A stretch of DNA of 64,000 nt from a virus (IMGVR_UViG_3300028591_000148:29239-93238); one strand, 5' to 3'. Counted from the stretch's first letter, positions 35,669-46,365 are shown. Notes: generated from the sequence alone by a model not told the origin. A program made the numbers and translations.

Positions 35669-36917
35669 ACCTGTTCTTGGCGCGTGTTATTCCAACATAA
35701 AATACCTTTATCTCTTCTGAATTATCCATATTTTTTATAGGAAATTTACCGTAAAGTGCTACATTTTCACATTCCAGTCCTTTAGAGGCATGAACAGTAA
35801 GTACCTTTATACACGGTTTCTCTGTTATCTCTTTTAGTTTCTTCTGTGAAATTGTAGACTGTTTAAAACAATAATGATTTATGTTGTGCTGCTTCAATAG
35901 GTCGTCTATCATTACCATTTCTTTGTTACTTCGTGTAAGTAAGAACCAATCTTCATTTTCGTTTAATTTTGACAAGAACTTCTCAAGTTGTGATTTTGCT
36001 ACAAATTCCAAACTACCTTGATTTGGGTTCATACATACAACATCTTTCTTTATAATATCAGATGCCTTTTGGATAACAGCATTTGCATACATAAGAATAG
36101 ATTTAGCGGTTCTATAATTTTCCGTTAAATAAAATACTTTCCAATCTGGATTCTTCATTAACGATAGAAATATGTTTACATCTCCACCTTTGAAACCGAA
36201 GATTGCCTGAAAGTCGTCTCCTATGTAAAAATTATTTTTTGCTTTTAACGAACGTAAAAAGTTATACTCCAAATACCCAATATCTTGAAGTTCGTCTACA
36301 AATAGATACTCAAGATCCAGTTTATTCTCTTTGAAATATTTAGTAGTTAGTTCAATTAATTCGTCGAATGTAATTATATTATTTAGTTTACACAAGGTAG
36401 TTACCGTCTCTCTATAGTAGTAACTATATTCTCTACCTAATAGTTGCATAATCTCTGTATATACTTGTTCACTAGGAAACTTATACTTTATATCGTTTTT
36501 TGACATTCTACCAGCTGATACAAGACGGTCATAGACAACAAACTGTTCATAATCTTGTAATGTACAATATCTAGCATATTTAGGAATTAGAATTTTCATA
36601 AATTCTGTTTGATACTCTTCCGAAAATATTTCAAAATCGTATCCAGTCTGTTTCAATAACATATTCGCATATGAATGTATAGTTCCAATAAAACAGTATT
36701 TGCTAGAAGGTGTATCGGATAAACGTAGGTATAACTCGTCGGCTGCCCTATTTGTGAATGTGATAATAACAATAGATCTGGCATCTACACCTGTATTTAA
36801 TAAATGTTTGACACGTTCTACAAGTGTTCTTGTCTTACCTGATCCAGAACCGGCATCTACAATAATATTTTTATCTGAGCATAGTACAATTTCTTTTTGT
36901 TGCTTACTCAACTCCAT
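35652..36917 (-). CDS. Compact UvrD/Rep-like SF1 helicase
   Basis: AGSGSGKT, TFTNRAA, VDELQD, GDDFQAIFGF, ENYRT, TVHASKGLE, YVGITRAK. Confidence 0.9.
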   Translation of the reverse strand: MELSKQQKEIVLCSDKNIIVDAGSGSGKTRTLVERVKHLLNTGVDARSIVIITFTNRAADELYLRLSDTPSSKYCFIGTIHSYANMLLKQTGYDFEIFSEEYQTEFMKILIPKYARYCTLQDYEQFVVYDRLVSAGRMSKNDIKYKFPSEQVYTEIMQLLGREYSYYYRETVTTLCKLNNIITFDELIELTTKYFKENKLDLEYLFVDELQDIGYLEYNFLRSLKAKNNFYIGDDFQAIFGFKGGDVNIFLSLMKNPDWKVFYLTENYRTAKSILMYANAVIQKASDIIKKDVVCMNPNQGSLEFVAKSQLEKFLSKLNENEDWFLLTRSNKEMVMIDDLLKQHNINHYCFKQSTISQKKLKEITEKPCIKVLTVHASKGLECENVALYGKFPIKNMDNSEEIKVFYVGITRAKNRCVIFI

Positions 36918-37296
36918 CTGTCTTATCCTCCGTTCTGTTTAGAAATCTTTGTCGGACTGCCTCTTTTTGTTCATCTGACATTTCACGTTTCTTGAACGGA
37001 TCAATGATGGAAACACCCTTTTTGGAACCTTTGAATGTTTTGCTACAAATAGTTCCATCTTTATAATACTGTGTTTTTATACATATCCAGTTCTTCTTTT
37101 CCAGTTTTCTCCAATATTTGGGTATACTTGTATCAGCATACCACACACCTTCAGCTTCATTGTAAAGAAGAACTATTTCTCGTTCGTCTTTGGTGAGTTT
37201 TTCTAATACAACTTCTTCAGATTCGGATTCTGCGGTATTTCTGATATTTTCTACATAATCCTTCTCTTTCTGAGTCATGTTTGTGTCCTCCGTCAT
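36904..37296 (-). CDS. Hypothetical protein
   Basis: ERE.V..YN...W...T; KREMSDEQKEA tail typical of small phage proteins. Confidence 0.6.
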   Translation of the reverse strand: MTEDTNMTQKEKDYVENIRNTAESESEEVVLEKLTKDEREIVLLYNEAEGVWYADTSIPKYWRKLEKKNWICIKTQYYKDGTICSKTFKGSKKGVSIIDPFKKREMSDEQKEAVRQRFLNRTEDKTDGVE

Positions 37297-38447
37297 CCAT
37301 AAATTTCTTTATTTATATGATTTACAATTTTATCGTACACATCCTTATTTTCTGGATCTTTAAGAAATGGAATGAGTTTGGCTTGACCATTTATCTTAAT
37401 GTCTACCTTATTTCCATCTTCGTCTGTTCTGGAAAGTAGTTCACCTGTTTCCGGATCCAAAAACGTAAACCATGCACCTGCTTTATTTATAATACCACTT
37501 TTAATTCCTAGATCAATGTAATCAATAAGTGGTTCAATACCGTGATCATATGTTAAGGTATATGAGCCTAACTTTCTATCTGGCTTACATACCTTTGTCT
37601 TTGCAATACTCATCATTACTTTATGTCCATATGGACTTTCGTGACTCTTTTTAACCTCATCGAACTTCTCATCGAAAGGTGTACCTTGTCTAAACATAGC
37701 ACGAACGGAACAGACGTGTTTCCAACATTTACCACCTGGAGTTGTAAATGTAGGTCCACCATAACCGGCATTAAGGTTATCTCTTACTTGATTTATACCT
37801 ATTAAGGCACAGTTTCTTTTAGAACATATAAGTTCTACTTTTTTAGAGAATTTAGTTAAAGCTCTGGATATACCACCATATGTAGAATCTTCAATGTCCT
37901 TATCCATTTCCTGCTGGGATACCATCATTCCAAGACTATCTATAACAGCTAGTCCAATTTCACCGGCATCAATAAGTTGATAGACCATATCAAATATTTC
38001 TTCAGCGCTCTGTGATTCTGGAGACATCATATAAAGGTCATCTACACAAACACCTAGTTTTTCTGCCCACTCATCATCAAAAGTATTTTCACAATCAATC
38101 CACAATACTTTTCTAGGACCAGTTTCACGAAGTTCGAGTAAGTAACCGGATTCTTCTTTATTCAGTTTCTCTTTGTTTTCCAATTTATGGATTTTCTCTT
38201 CCCATTCCTCCTGGAATAGCTTTTGGGCATTTCCAGCAATATCGAGTGCTGTGGTTGTTTTACCCGAACTCTCTTCACCAAAAAACTCAACAATACGTCC
38301 TCTTGGAATACCACCATATAACATACGGTTTGCATTAGGACTACTAAATGGAATTCTAGCACAATTATGAATAATAGTACCTTTTGTGAAAAGTTCCATT
38401 TTGTACTTCTTGTTAAACTCCTTAAATAGTGTTTCTGACTTGGTCAT
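37293..38447 (-). CDS. recA: RecA recombinase
   Basis: GGIPRGRIVEFFGEESSGKTT, IDCE, VIDSL, INQVR, TPGG. Confidence 0.93.
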   Translation of the reverse strand: MTKSETLFKEFNKKYKMELFTKGTIIHNCARIPFSSPNANRMLYGGIPRGRIVEFFGEESSGKTTTALDIAGNAQKLFQEEWEEKIHKLENKEKLNKEESGYLLELRETGPRKVLWIDCENTFDDEWAEKLGVCVDDLYMMSPESQSAEEIFDMVYQLIDAGEIGLAVIDSLGMMVSQQEMDKDIEDSTYGGISRALTKFSKKVELICSKRNCALIGINQVRDNLNAGYGGPTFTTPGGKCWKHVCSVRAMFRQGTPFDEKFDEVKKSHESPYGHKVMMSIAKTKVCKPDRKLGSYTLTYDHGIEPLIDYIDLGIKSGIINKAGAWFTFLDPETGELLSRTDEDGNKVDIKINGQAKLIPFLKDPENKDVYDKIVNHINKEIYG

Positions 38448-38458
38448 ATCATTACCCC

Positions 38459-38977
38459 TTAATTCGTTTTTGTAGGAGCTACCTTGGATAACTCCAATTC
38501 AGCCATTCTTCTGGATACTACCTTTTTAGCACTTTGTAGAAGTTCTGTAGCATAGGATACTTTTTGTTTGATTATATCATAAGCACTTCCATATATAGTA
38601 GAGACCAATGTTTTATTCATAACAGCATTTGTTGCTACAGCTTTTCTATAACCTTCTGTACCTGCTGTTTCTGTATAAATATCATTATAGTCTGTTGTTT
38701 TGGAAACATCAGACATATCCTGTTTAAGACCTAATAACTCTTGTTGTGTTCCACAGAAATACAAAAGAGCTGGTATTGTCATAATAATATCGTCTAATTC
38801 AGCATCCGTTATGTTGTTACTTCCGCCATCCAATAATTCAAATACATACTGTACATACTGGTCTAACTTATCACAACATTGATGAACTAGAGAGTCCACA
38901 ATACTTCTTGCATACTCTGTATTAACATCTAATGTTTCCAATAGCTTTTCAAGTTCATCATTTGTTAATTTTGCCAT
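38459..38977 (-). CDS. Helical hypothetical protein (possible recombination mediator)
   Basis: Between recU and recA; start reassigned to MAKLT. Confidence 0.55.
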   Translation of the reverse strand: MAKLTNDELEKLLETLDVNTEYARSIVDSLVHQCCDKLDQYVQYVFELLDGGSNNITDAELDDIIMTIPALLYFCGTQQELLGLKQDMSDVSKTTDYNDIYTETAGTEGYRKAVATNAVMNKTLVSTIYGSAYDIIKQKVSYATELLQSAKKVVSRRMAELELSKVAPTKTN

Positions 38978-39497
38978 CGTACTCACTCCATATCTTATCA
39001 GATTCTTGGTGAAGTTTGTGTAAGAACCTATCACCGAAATAGTCAAACATAACACGTTTCTTCATACCATCAATTAAGATATGTGGAATAAAATCTTCAT
39101 TAGACGAATCTGTAACTAGGTTTGTAATGTTTAGTGATTTAGCACCACTATTACGATGTCTCTGTAGATCTTTAATATTCACAAATGCTGTAACATCGTG
39201 GTCCATAAACCAAACACACACACCGGCTACACAACGGTATATTTGACTTTTTTCGTACATACCAATCCATTGATTCTTTGTAATATCCCCGGCATAGTTC
39301 AGTGTATTACCATATTTACTTTTACACTCCAAATAAAACATATCCGGAGAACTAAACATTGTAAAATCACAAATATTACGAACACCTGAATAACCTGCCA
39401 TAGGGTCTATAAGTCTATCAAATGATACATTAGGTAGATTTTCTAGACTTTTCTTTATAGCACCCTCAAAGTCTTTACCTCTATTTACTGCTTTCAT
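38958..39497 (-). CDS. recU: RecU-like Holliday junction resolvase
   Basis: NRGKDFE, CDF..FYLECKS, ITKNQ. Confidence 0.8.
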   Translation of the reverse strand: MKAVNRGKDFEGAIKKSLENLPNVSFDRLIDPMAGYSGVRNICDFTMFSSPDMFYLECKSKYGNTLNYAGDITKNQWIGMYEKSQIYRCVAGVCVWFMDHDVTAFVNIKDLQRHRNSGAKSLNITNLVTDSSNEDFIPHILIDGMKKRVMFDYFGDRFLHKLHQESDKIWSEYDGKINK

Positions 39498-40483
39498 TTA
39501 TTATCAACCTTACATACAGTTTTATAATCGCAATACTGACATATGTGCTTTGTTATATCCGTTTCTATAGGAGGAGGTGTTTTTTTATCTACATAACTCT
39601 GACAAATAGCAATTCTGTTATCAATATATTGTCTGTTTTCATCCGTCACTTCTACTAGAAATGATTTTTTAGTACAGAAATCTCTATTTTCATAAATAAA
39701 AATAACTTTATCGATTCCAAATTCTAGTGAGTATGTGTACGCTTGTATCCTATGTTCTGGATCCATTGCTTTTCTGTCCATCCATTTATAGGATGATTCT
39801 GTTTTGATTTCTATAATATAATATGTATTCTTATACTTTATAATTCCATCACACAAGAATACAATATTTCTTCTTTCGTCGTACAGTTTTACTTCATAGT
39901 CTTTCTTACTTTGAATTGTTAAAGGTAAATTATGTTCTTTAACAAACTCAACGACATCGACAAATTCACAGTCAACACCATATTCCTTCATTTTAGAAAT
40001 AGCGTTTTGAATACGTTCGTGTCTATCCGTTCCACTATCACAAATACCGTAAAAATCAGATGTTTTACTGGATTGTTTATCCTGGTCAGCACCTATTACC
40101 TGATAGTACATATTACGAATACACTTCATCGAAGAAGGTTTATACGTTCTGGAAGGCTTTCCGTCCGAATACATACACACATAATAATCATCATTTGCAT
40201 GATAAACAATATGAGAATTATCATAGCAGTTTTCCTTATTAGGTTCAGGTAATTCTGTTACACAAACAATATCAACTCTTCTATACGTTTCGGAACCTTC
40301 TTGTTTGGTGTCGAGATATTTATCCTTGTTATCGGTTATCTTTTTGAAATAATAACCTACTTTGTACTCATTCATTTTACGAATAGTGTAATCCAGATCC
40401 AAAAGAAAGGATGCTTCCGGAGAAACATCCTTCCCAGAATCTGCTACTAACCTATTCAGATTAAATAGTGGTTTCTGTGCCAT
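39494..40483 (-). CDS. Cas4-like PD-(D/E)XK exonuclease
   Basis: PSSMKCIR, GTDRHE, CDGII..IIEIKT, Q..Y, CQYCDYKTVC (4-Cys Fe-S pattern). Confidence 0.8.
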   Translation of the reverse strand: MAQKPLFNLNRLVADSGKDVSPEASFLLDLDYTIRKMNEYKVGYYFKKITDNKDKYLDTKQEGSETYRRVDIVCVTELPEPNKENCYDNSHIVYHANDDYYVCMYSDGKPSRTYKPSSMKCIRNMYYQVIGADQDKQSSKTSDFYGICDSGTDRHERIQNAISKMKEYGVDCEFVDVVEFVKEHNLPLTIQSKKDYEVKLYDERRNIVFLCDGIIKYKNTYYIIEIKTESSYKWMDRKAMDPEHRIQAYTYSLEFGIDKVIFIYENRDFCTKKSFLVEVTDENRQYIDNRIAICQSYVDKKTPPPIETDITKHICQYCDYKTVCKVDNK

Positions 40484-40485
40484 AT

Positions 40486-41574
40486 TTATGACTCCATTCT
40501 TGGGTCGTCCAATAGTGAAATAATCTGAATTACATTATCCTCTTCAATACGGAATGTAGAAGGTTCACCGTAATAAAGATGTACAGTTTCACCAACTCTA
40601 GCATTGAGTTGCTTCTTCAAGGATTCCACACCTACAAAACAGGTGAAGTCTTTGAAGTTGTTACTACCCTGATACGGTACCGTTTCAATACCGTCATCAT
40701 GTGCAGACTCTACCTTAACACCTGCTTGAGTAAATGTCATGTACAATCCATTCTGATCATTATCACTAATAAACAGAGACAATCTATCAATAATATTAAG
40801 AAGAGCTGTTTTTGGAAGTATGCAATCAGAACCGTATTCTCTTTCCAAAATAGCATCGATAGTTGATACCGGATATTCTTCAATACCTTCTGGAAGTACA
40901 GCAAACAGTTTCATCTTCTCGGTCTTAAACAAAATATTATTCTGATAAATTTTATATGTAATGTCTTCTTCAGATGTCATACTTAAAAGTTCGAATACAT
41001 TTGGTGGAATAAGTACGTCCTTATCAAATGTAGGTAACTGTGTAATGCAAATATTAAATGTATCCGCAGAAATAACTCTGTTCTTCAAACACAGATAATT
41101 TACCAGGTACGGTGCCTCCAATGTCAGTGCCAAAGAGGGCTTATTATGAAGAATAAGTGTTTTAATAACAGATGTTTTGATAGTTCCACTGTATTCCGGA
41201 TTATTGATCTCGTGTACTGGATACTTAATAGGTGTACCATCTACATCAAGCTGAATTGGAATCTTATAAGTACCATTACCTGTAACAGAAATAAAACTAT
41301 CTGTAACATCAATCTTGATATTCTCTACACTTGTTTTCATAATCAGTTTAGAGAATGTATCTACATTAACTGTAAATGTTACAGGATCTCCATTAAGAAT
41401 TTTGTCAGTTACAGTAAAATAGTTATTAGAATCTGTTGTTGTAATAGAGAAGTTACCGCTGTCTACAACAAAATTCATCAAACTTGTAATAGCGCTGAAC
41501 TTACTGTTTCCTGCACCTTTAATTGCCTTATTAATAGCTGTTTGAAGTACCTGAGTATTGATAGTAAATGCCAT
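40486..41574 (-). CDS. dnaN: DNA polymerase III beta sliding clamp
   Basis: 362 aa, three-domain beta-clamp pattern (TTTDSN, SADTF, EEYP, LLNIIDRLSL); cognate clamp loader in the window. Confidence 0.75.
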   Translation of the reverse strand: MAFTINTQVLQTAINKAIKGAGNSKFSAITSLMNFVVDSGNFSITTTDSNNYFTVTDKILNGDPVTFTVNVDTFSKLIMKTSVENIKIDVTDSFISVTGNGTYKIPIQLDVDGTPIKYPVHEINNPEYSGTIKTSVIKTLILHNKPSLALTLEAPYLVNYLCLKNRVISADTFNICITQLPTFDKDVLIPPNVFELLSMTSEEDITYKIYQNNILFKTEKMKLFAVLPEGIEEYPVSTIDAILEREYGSDCILPKTALLNIIDRLSLFISDNDQNGLYMTFTQAGVKVESAHDDGIETVPYQGSNNFKDFTCFVGVESLKKQLNARVGETVHLYYGEPSTFRIEEDNVIQIISLLDDPRMES

Positions 41575-41589
41575 AATCTAAATCCTCCA

Positions 41590-42180
41590 TCAATGTTTAG
41601 TTGTGATATTTGAATAAAGTTCCTGTCTCAAAGAAGCATTGGAACGGAACTCACCACCTAAAGCACAGGTCCTAGTAATACTAGGTTTCTTAATACCTCT
41701 TGCGGACATACAACTATGTCTACCTTGAATAATAACAGCAACACTATCCGTATTAAGAATTTTCTGAAGTATTTCCATGATGTCACTTCCAATACGTTCT
41801 TGAAGCTGTAAACGCTTACCTACCATATCAGCAATTCTTGCAATCTTGGAAAGACCTATAACTCTACCATTCGGAATATATGCTACAGATACAGTCATAT
41901 CAAACATAAGTGCGATATGGTGTTCGCAGTAACTATAAATAGGAATTTCGTCTACAATTACAAGGTCTCCCATTGTAGTGTCCTCGAAACACTTATCAAA
42001 CATTGTAGCGATTTCATCATTAGTATAACACATACCTTCAAATACTTCTTCATACATCTTTGCTACTCGTCTAGGAGTATCTAAAAGTCCTTCTCTATCT
42101 GGATTGTCTCCGAGAGCAATAAGAATATTACGAATGGACTGTTCAATAAGTTCTTTATTGATCTTTTTAGACATTCTCAC
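41590..42180 (-). CDS. folE: GTP cyclohydrolase I
   Basis: [41 protein letters not shown]. Confidence 0.95.
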   Translation of the reverse strand: MRMSKKINKELIEQSIRNILIALGDNPDREGLLDTPRRVAKMYEEVFEGMCYTNDEIATMFDKCFEDTTMGDLVIVDEIPIYSYCEHHIALMFDMTVSVAYIPNGRVIGLSKIARIADMVGKRLQLQERIGSDIMEILQKILNTDSVAVIIQGRHSCMSARGIKKPSITRTCALGGEFRSNASLRQELYSNITTKH

Positions 42181-42598
42181 ACACTTCCTTCTTATCCTTT
42201 TTAAGATTTATTGGATTAAGGTCAATGTTCAATAATTGTGCTCTTAATTCCAATAAGTACAGATATCTGGTCATAGCTTCTTCTTGGTCTCTCATAATTT
42301 GATTTAAGGCATATTTTTCACTTCTACGTCTTTCATCGTCTTTAGTGTAACAGATTTCGTTGCTATAGCCTCTATCCATCACACGGCATTCTGCTTCTTC
42401 TCTAACATTATGAACATGAAGTTTATTCAGTCTAATTCTTGTCTGCCAATATTCAGCAAGAAATCTATCTCTAAAATCATCAGAAACAGAGGCTGAAATA
42501 GTATCTCCCATCTTAACTTCAACAATATCTAACATATTAAACTCCTCTCGCATTAAAATCCCAGATATACTTGTGAATTTGCAGTTGCATACGGACAT
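42167..42598 (-). CDS. Hypothetical coiled-coil protein inside the que operon (crAss001_48-like pattern; true start likely MLDIV)
   Basis: [16 protein letters not shown]...Q..AM..YL..LELRA. Confidence 0.55.
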   Translation of the reverse strand: MSVCNCKFTSISGILMREEFNMLDIVEVKMGDTISASVSDDFRDRFLAEYWQTRIRLNKLHVHNVREEAECRVMDRGYSNEICYTKDDERRRSEKYALNQIMRDQEEAMTRYLYLLELRAQLLNIDLNPINLKKDKKEVCENV

Positions 42599-43241
42599 CG
42601 AACATATTGTTATTCTTTATATATTCGACAATATCGGAGGGTTCTATACTTCCAAAAACAGGACTTACAAAAATATGGGGTAGATCTTCTGAAGAATAGG
42701 ATTCTTTAATAAGGTCTACTACACGTTTCATATCATCCAGATCTTCATTAGTACCTACTACGAATTTAACTACATCCCAGCTATCCAAACTCTCTGTGAA
42801 GTTAGATACAATCATTTGATGATTAGCTCCGCTTGAAATAGACTTATAATCAACTGTAAATATAAGTTTATCCCATAAATAGGATGCTTCACTTGTGAAC
42901 AATGCTTTCTTAAACAGTCCGATATCTACAGCACCACTTGTTTCTACATTAACTTCGAAACCTTCGTCTAGAAGCTCCTCGATAAGCTGTAACATTTCAG
43001 GTTGAACAAGTGGTTCGCCACCTGTAAGAGTTACATAAGGTGTTCCTTGTTCTTTACAATAGTCTACGATTTCGGAAACAGTAAGGTCTTTTATCTCAAC
43101 ACCTGCTGTAACTTCATTAGAATACATACTATCACAAAAAACGCAACGACAAGGACACCCAAAGGTTCTAATAAAAGTTGCGATTCGACCTGTACGAATA
43201 CCTTCACCTTCAATGGATTTAAACATTTCGGTTATCTTCAT
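42537..43241 (-). CDS. queE: 7-carboxy-7-deazaguanine synthase (radical SAM)
   Basis: SIEGEG, CPCRCVFCD, TGGEPL, ETSG, QLQIHK; start at MKITEMF. Confidence 0.92.
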   Translation of the reverse strand: MKITEMFKSIEGEGIRTGRIATFIRTFGCPCRCVFCDSMYSNEVTAGVEIKDLTVSEIVDYCKEQGTPYVTLTGGEPLVQPEMLQLIEELLDEGFEVNVETSGAVDIGLFKKALFTSEASYLWDKLIFTVDYKSISSGANHQMIVSNFTESLDSWDVVKFVVGTNEDLDDMKRVVDLIKESYSSEDLPHIFVSPVFGSIEPSDIVEYIKNNNMFDVRMQLQIHKYIWDFNARGV

Positions 43242-43245
43242 ATTA

Positions 43246-43704
43246 TTACCCTCTTCTCCATGTAGCATGAGAATTAGTAGTTTCCCAAAGTTTAATTTCG
43301 TCCACAGTACATTCCATCCCTGGATAAGTAATATCCAAAAGTTTCTGAATGTCTTTCGCAAAAACTTTTGTCATATTTTCTGCAGAAGGAGCTTTATCCA
43401 TTTCAAAAACTCTCATATTATTCTGTTTAAGAATACCTACGATTTGCCCTTCTACTGTATCCTTACCGTTAGATACATTAGTAATAAAACTATGATCGGG
43501 TACATAGTCTTTAAGAAGTTGATTTAACTTACTAAAATCTACTACGAAGTTAAACTTATTTTGATTTCTTTCGTACTCTGGACAACTAATTGTAACTTCC
43601 AGTTTATAGGAGTGTCCATGTAGGTTACCACAGAGTCCTTCGTAACCATAAAGAAGATGTGCTGCCTCAAACTCTACATGACGAGTAACACTAATACGAT
43701 CCAA
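43246..43704 (-). CDS. queD: 6-carboxy-5,6,7,8-tetrahydropterin synthase
   Basis: FEAAH..CGNLHGHSY, DF, DH, SAEN, WET. Confidence 0.92.
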   Translation of the reverse strand: MDRISVTRHVEFEAAHLLYGYEGLCGNLHGHSYKLEVTISCPEYERNQNKFNFVVDFSKLNQLLKDYVPDHSFITNVSNGKDTVEGQIVGILKQNNMRVFEMDKAPSAENMTKVFAKDIQKLLDITYPGMECTVDEIKLWETTNSHATWRRG

Positions 43705-43782
43705 AATAAAAACCTCCTCTTTTTAATAGTTCACATCAGCATATTGGAGTTATAAAATTTCTCTTATAACACCTACATCTAT

Positions 43783-43812
43783 AATATAACACTTTTTTTA
43801 TTCGTTTGTCAA
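43783..43812 (-). promoter_or_regulatory. Promoter TTGACA-N18-TATATT upstream of queD
   Basis: Same promoter family. Confidence 0.6.
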
Positions 43813-43816
43813 TAGT

Positions 43817-44692
43817 TTAGAACAACTTTATGGCATTATTATTTTTTGTGGTATACCTTGGTTTTAAATTATCTGGTATTGTTATAGGTGTTTTTCTTGG
43901 AACTAAAACAGCATTATCTTTATATTTTTTATTAAGTTTTCCATTTATAAATAGGTCTGTATTCTTATACCTCTCAACAACCAGTTCATTATTTGAAGAA
44001 TGAACTGACATTCGATACTCGTAATCCTTAAAAATTGTCGAACTTTCGGTATAATTGTAAGAAGAAGATATGAAAGTTGCTAATACATGAGTTTTAATAT
44101 TATTCAACTTTAGAATGCAACAAAAATCTTTATCTTCATAACCTTCACCGTTCTCTGCTTTCAGATCATTATAATACAATTCTTTATTATAATATTTTTT
44201 AAAATTTCGAATAAGTGCGATACCTGTATCACCAATAGTTTGAACGTCCTCAAACACATAATTTGTTAAATTTAAAGGGTTTTCATAAACTAACTTCTTA
44301 AAAGGTAACTTATTTGCACTATGAGTTCGTATATAATCTAATTCAATAAACTTTTTTGAGTTGTTTATAATTTCGTTGAAAAATGTAAAAATGTCATAAT
44401 AGTCATAAAAGTATCTATCATCATCACATAATAACATCCAATCGTCTTCACTGTCATAAAACTGTTTAAGAAGTTCATTTCTTGCATTTGCAGGACCAAT
44501 ACCTTTTTCATGTTTAATATAGTGAATAACATCATTTTCTACAAAATCTGAATCTTGGTAACCCTGTGACAATATATAAATAGAGCAATTTAATTTATAC
44601 ATAAGTGTTAATTGTTTATGATGGGCTTTAATTCTATCTTGTCGAACTTTCTCATCATTTGGAAGATAACTAATAATTCCAATTCTCAACAT
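43817..44692 (-). CDS. GT-A fold glycosyltransferase-like protein
   Basis: IGIISY, GPANARNELL, WMLLCDDD (DxD), GYEDKDF; ends IKLF. Confidence 0.7.
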   Translation of the reverse strand: MLRIGIISYLPNDEKVRQDRIKAHHKQLTLMYKLNCSIYILSQGYQDSDFVENDVIHYIKHEKGIGPANARNELLKQFYDSEDDWMLLCDDDRYFYDYYDIFTFFNEIINNSKKFIELDYIRTHSANKLPFKKLVYENPLNLTNYVFEDVQTIGDTGIALIRNFKKYYNKELYYNDLKAENGEGYEDKDFCCILKLNNIKTHVLATFISSSYNYTESSTIFKDYEYRMSVHSSNNELVVERYKNTDLFINGKLNKKYKDNAVLVPRKTPITIPDNLKPRYTTKNNNAIKLF

Positions 44693-44710
44693 ATTAAAAA
44701 CCTCCTCTAT

Positions 44711-45433
44711 TTATTCAAGATAATTTGAATATTTAGATACGATATTTTTAATATCAGTTTCTTCCTGTTCACCCCGACCGTAAGTACCTTTTAGAATATC
44801 CGGCATAATTTCTTTATTAATGTAATTAACTGCTGTTTTAATTTGGCTATCATTAAATTTATAACCATTTAGATCAAATGATACGAACTTTCTAAAGCAT
44901 GGTTTGCACTTCCAACATTCATGCCCATCTATAGGATTATAACAACTAAAAGATTTCGTGAACGCTTCTTTAATGTCTCCACCGTTATCAACAAACATTT
45001 TAATTAGATCTTTCTTTGTCTTATCTTTAAAGTCGATATTAACCCTTACTTTTTTTCCTTTTGGAATCCAATGTTGTGGCTGATATAAAAAATTAAGGAG
45101 ATCATTTGTCTTTTTTACAAACTCATAAGATTTATCTAAAACACGATCTCCCTTTGTTGCACCTAGGCAAATTTCAACATCCTCATCACCTGTAATGTTA
45201 CATGCAACCATAACTAAATATAAATTCCTAAGTGGAATAATCGCATCAGGTCTTTCCCACATTCCAAGAGGAAAATCTACAAGTTCAACATCCCCACCGT
45301 CTGAAACTATTTTTTTAATTTCATTCTCTGAATACCTTGTATGCATATTTACATACAATTTAATATCCGGCTTCCAAATCTTATCAATAAGCCAACTATC
45401 CATCCCGCCGCTGTAAAGCAATACTTTTTTCAT
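44711..45433 (-). CDS. queC: 7-cyano-7-deazaguanine synthase-like PP-loop ATPase
   Basis: SGGMDS, IPLRNL, SCY..CWKCKPCFRK Zn site. Confidence 0.85.
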   Translation of the reverse strand: MKKVLLYSGGMDSWLIDKIWKPDIKLYVNMHTRYSENEIKKIVSDGGDVELVDFPLGMWERPDAIIPLRNLYLVMVACNITGDEDVEICLGATKGDRVLDKSYEFVKKTNDLLNFLYQPQHWIPKGKKVRVNIDFKDKTKKDLIKMFVDNGGDIKEAFTKSFSCYNPIDGHECWKCKPCFRKFVSFDLNGYKFNDSQIKTAVNYINKEIMPDILKGTYGRGEQEETDIKNIVSKYSNYLE

Positions 45434-45444
45434 CTTAAAACTCC

Positions 45445-46365
45445 TTAAAATAATCTATTGGATTTAAGTGATCGTCCATCATAAGAAGTAGACTGACTCT
45501 TCTCATACAGATAATAAATATTCAACAACATTCGATATCTATAACTTTCTTGAGCCTGTTCCAATTTAATACCATGCTTTTCACAATAATTTGAAATAGA
45601 ATCTTTTATCTCTTTTGAGCAATGCGTGATATTATCTTTATCGGAAACAGATTCTTTGCTTACCTTTAAAACTCCCCAATCCGTAAGAATTCCACCATTT
45701 GCACCTGTCATAATCCAAGAAGTTGCATCCATACTTGTGACAGGAAACTTCTTTGCGTTAGATAAAGTAGCACTTCCTAGAAAATGGGTTTTTACATTTG
45801 GATTATTACTTTTCTTTATAATATCGAAGCACTTTAGATAAAAGTCTTCTCTTTGTTTATTGGTAATCTCTTTATTTCCAGAAATACAAATATATTTTAC
45901 ATATTCACCACTAATTTTATGGTTTATAATTTGTTCTAAATACTTGTAATTCTCACCTTGGTGAAATACAGGGAGTAATTTTTGAGGACTTTTGCATCTT
46001 TCAATCATATATAGATAATTTTTCCAGGTGTTTATTGGAGATTCTTTTACCTGTTCATATGTCTTTACTTCTCCCCATTTTCCAGGGATATAATCAAGAG
46101 CAATCGCATAATCAATATATTCGTCATTCTCATTTAACCAATCAATATATTTGTCAATATCAAGCTCTCCACCCTGTCTATGAACAGTGAAAGCACCATT
46201 ATCAATAAGGAGCTTTCCTTTCCAACCTTGCTTTTTATATTCAAACCAATTTAGAATAGAACTCATGTCATTCACAAATGATTTAAGAACATTTGCATTT
46301 AGATCTCGTATAAGATCAGTTGTTTCTTGACATTGTGATCCAGCAAAATAAAAATCGAAACTCAA
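45445..46365 (-). CDS. dpdA: DpdA-like deazaguanine DNA transglycosylase (TGT fold)
   Basis: IDNGAFT, ALDYIPG, PVFHQGE, HFLG, SMDATSW; context of que genes and DNA polymerase; ends NRLF. Confidence 0.8.
   Translation of the reverse strand: MSFDFYFAGSQCQETTDLIRDLNANVLKSFVNDMSSILNWFEYKKQGWKGKLLIDNGAFTVHRQGGELDIDKYIDWLNENDEYIDYAIALDYIPGKWGEVKTYEQVKESPINTWKNYLYMIERCKSPQKLLPVFHQGENYKYLEQIINHKISGEYVKYICISGNKEITNKQREDFYLKCFDIIKKSNNPNVKTHFLGSATLSNAKKFPVTSMDATSWIMTGANGGILTDWGVLKVSKESVSDKDNITHCSKEIKDSISNYCEKHGIKLEQAQESYRYRMLLNIYYLYEKSQSTSYDGRSLKSNRLF

Noticed and set aside
39494-40483. Cas4-like gene as sign of a CRISPR-Cas system
   Set aside because: No cas1/cas2 and no repeat-spacer array seen; stand-alone Cas4-like nucleases are common in phage recombination modules.
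43715-43780. preQ1 riboswitch upstream of queD
   Set aside because: Only a weak GGTGTTATAA/TTATAACTCC hairpin; no preQ1-I loop or AAAAAACUA tail.
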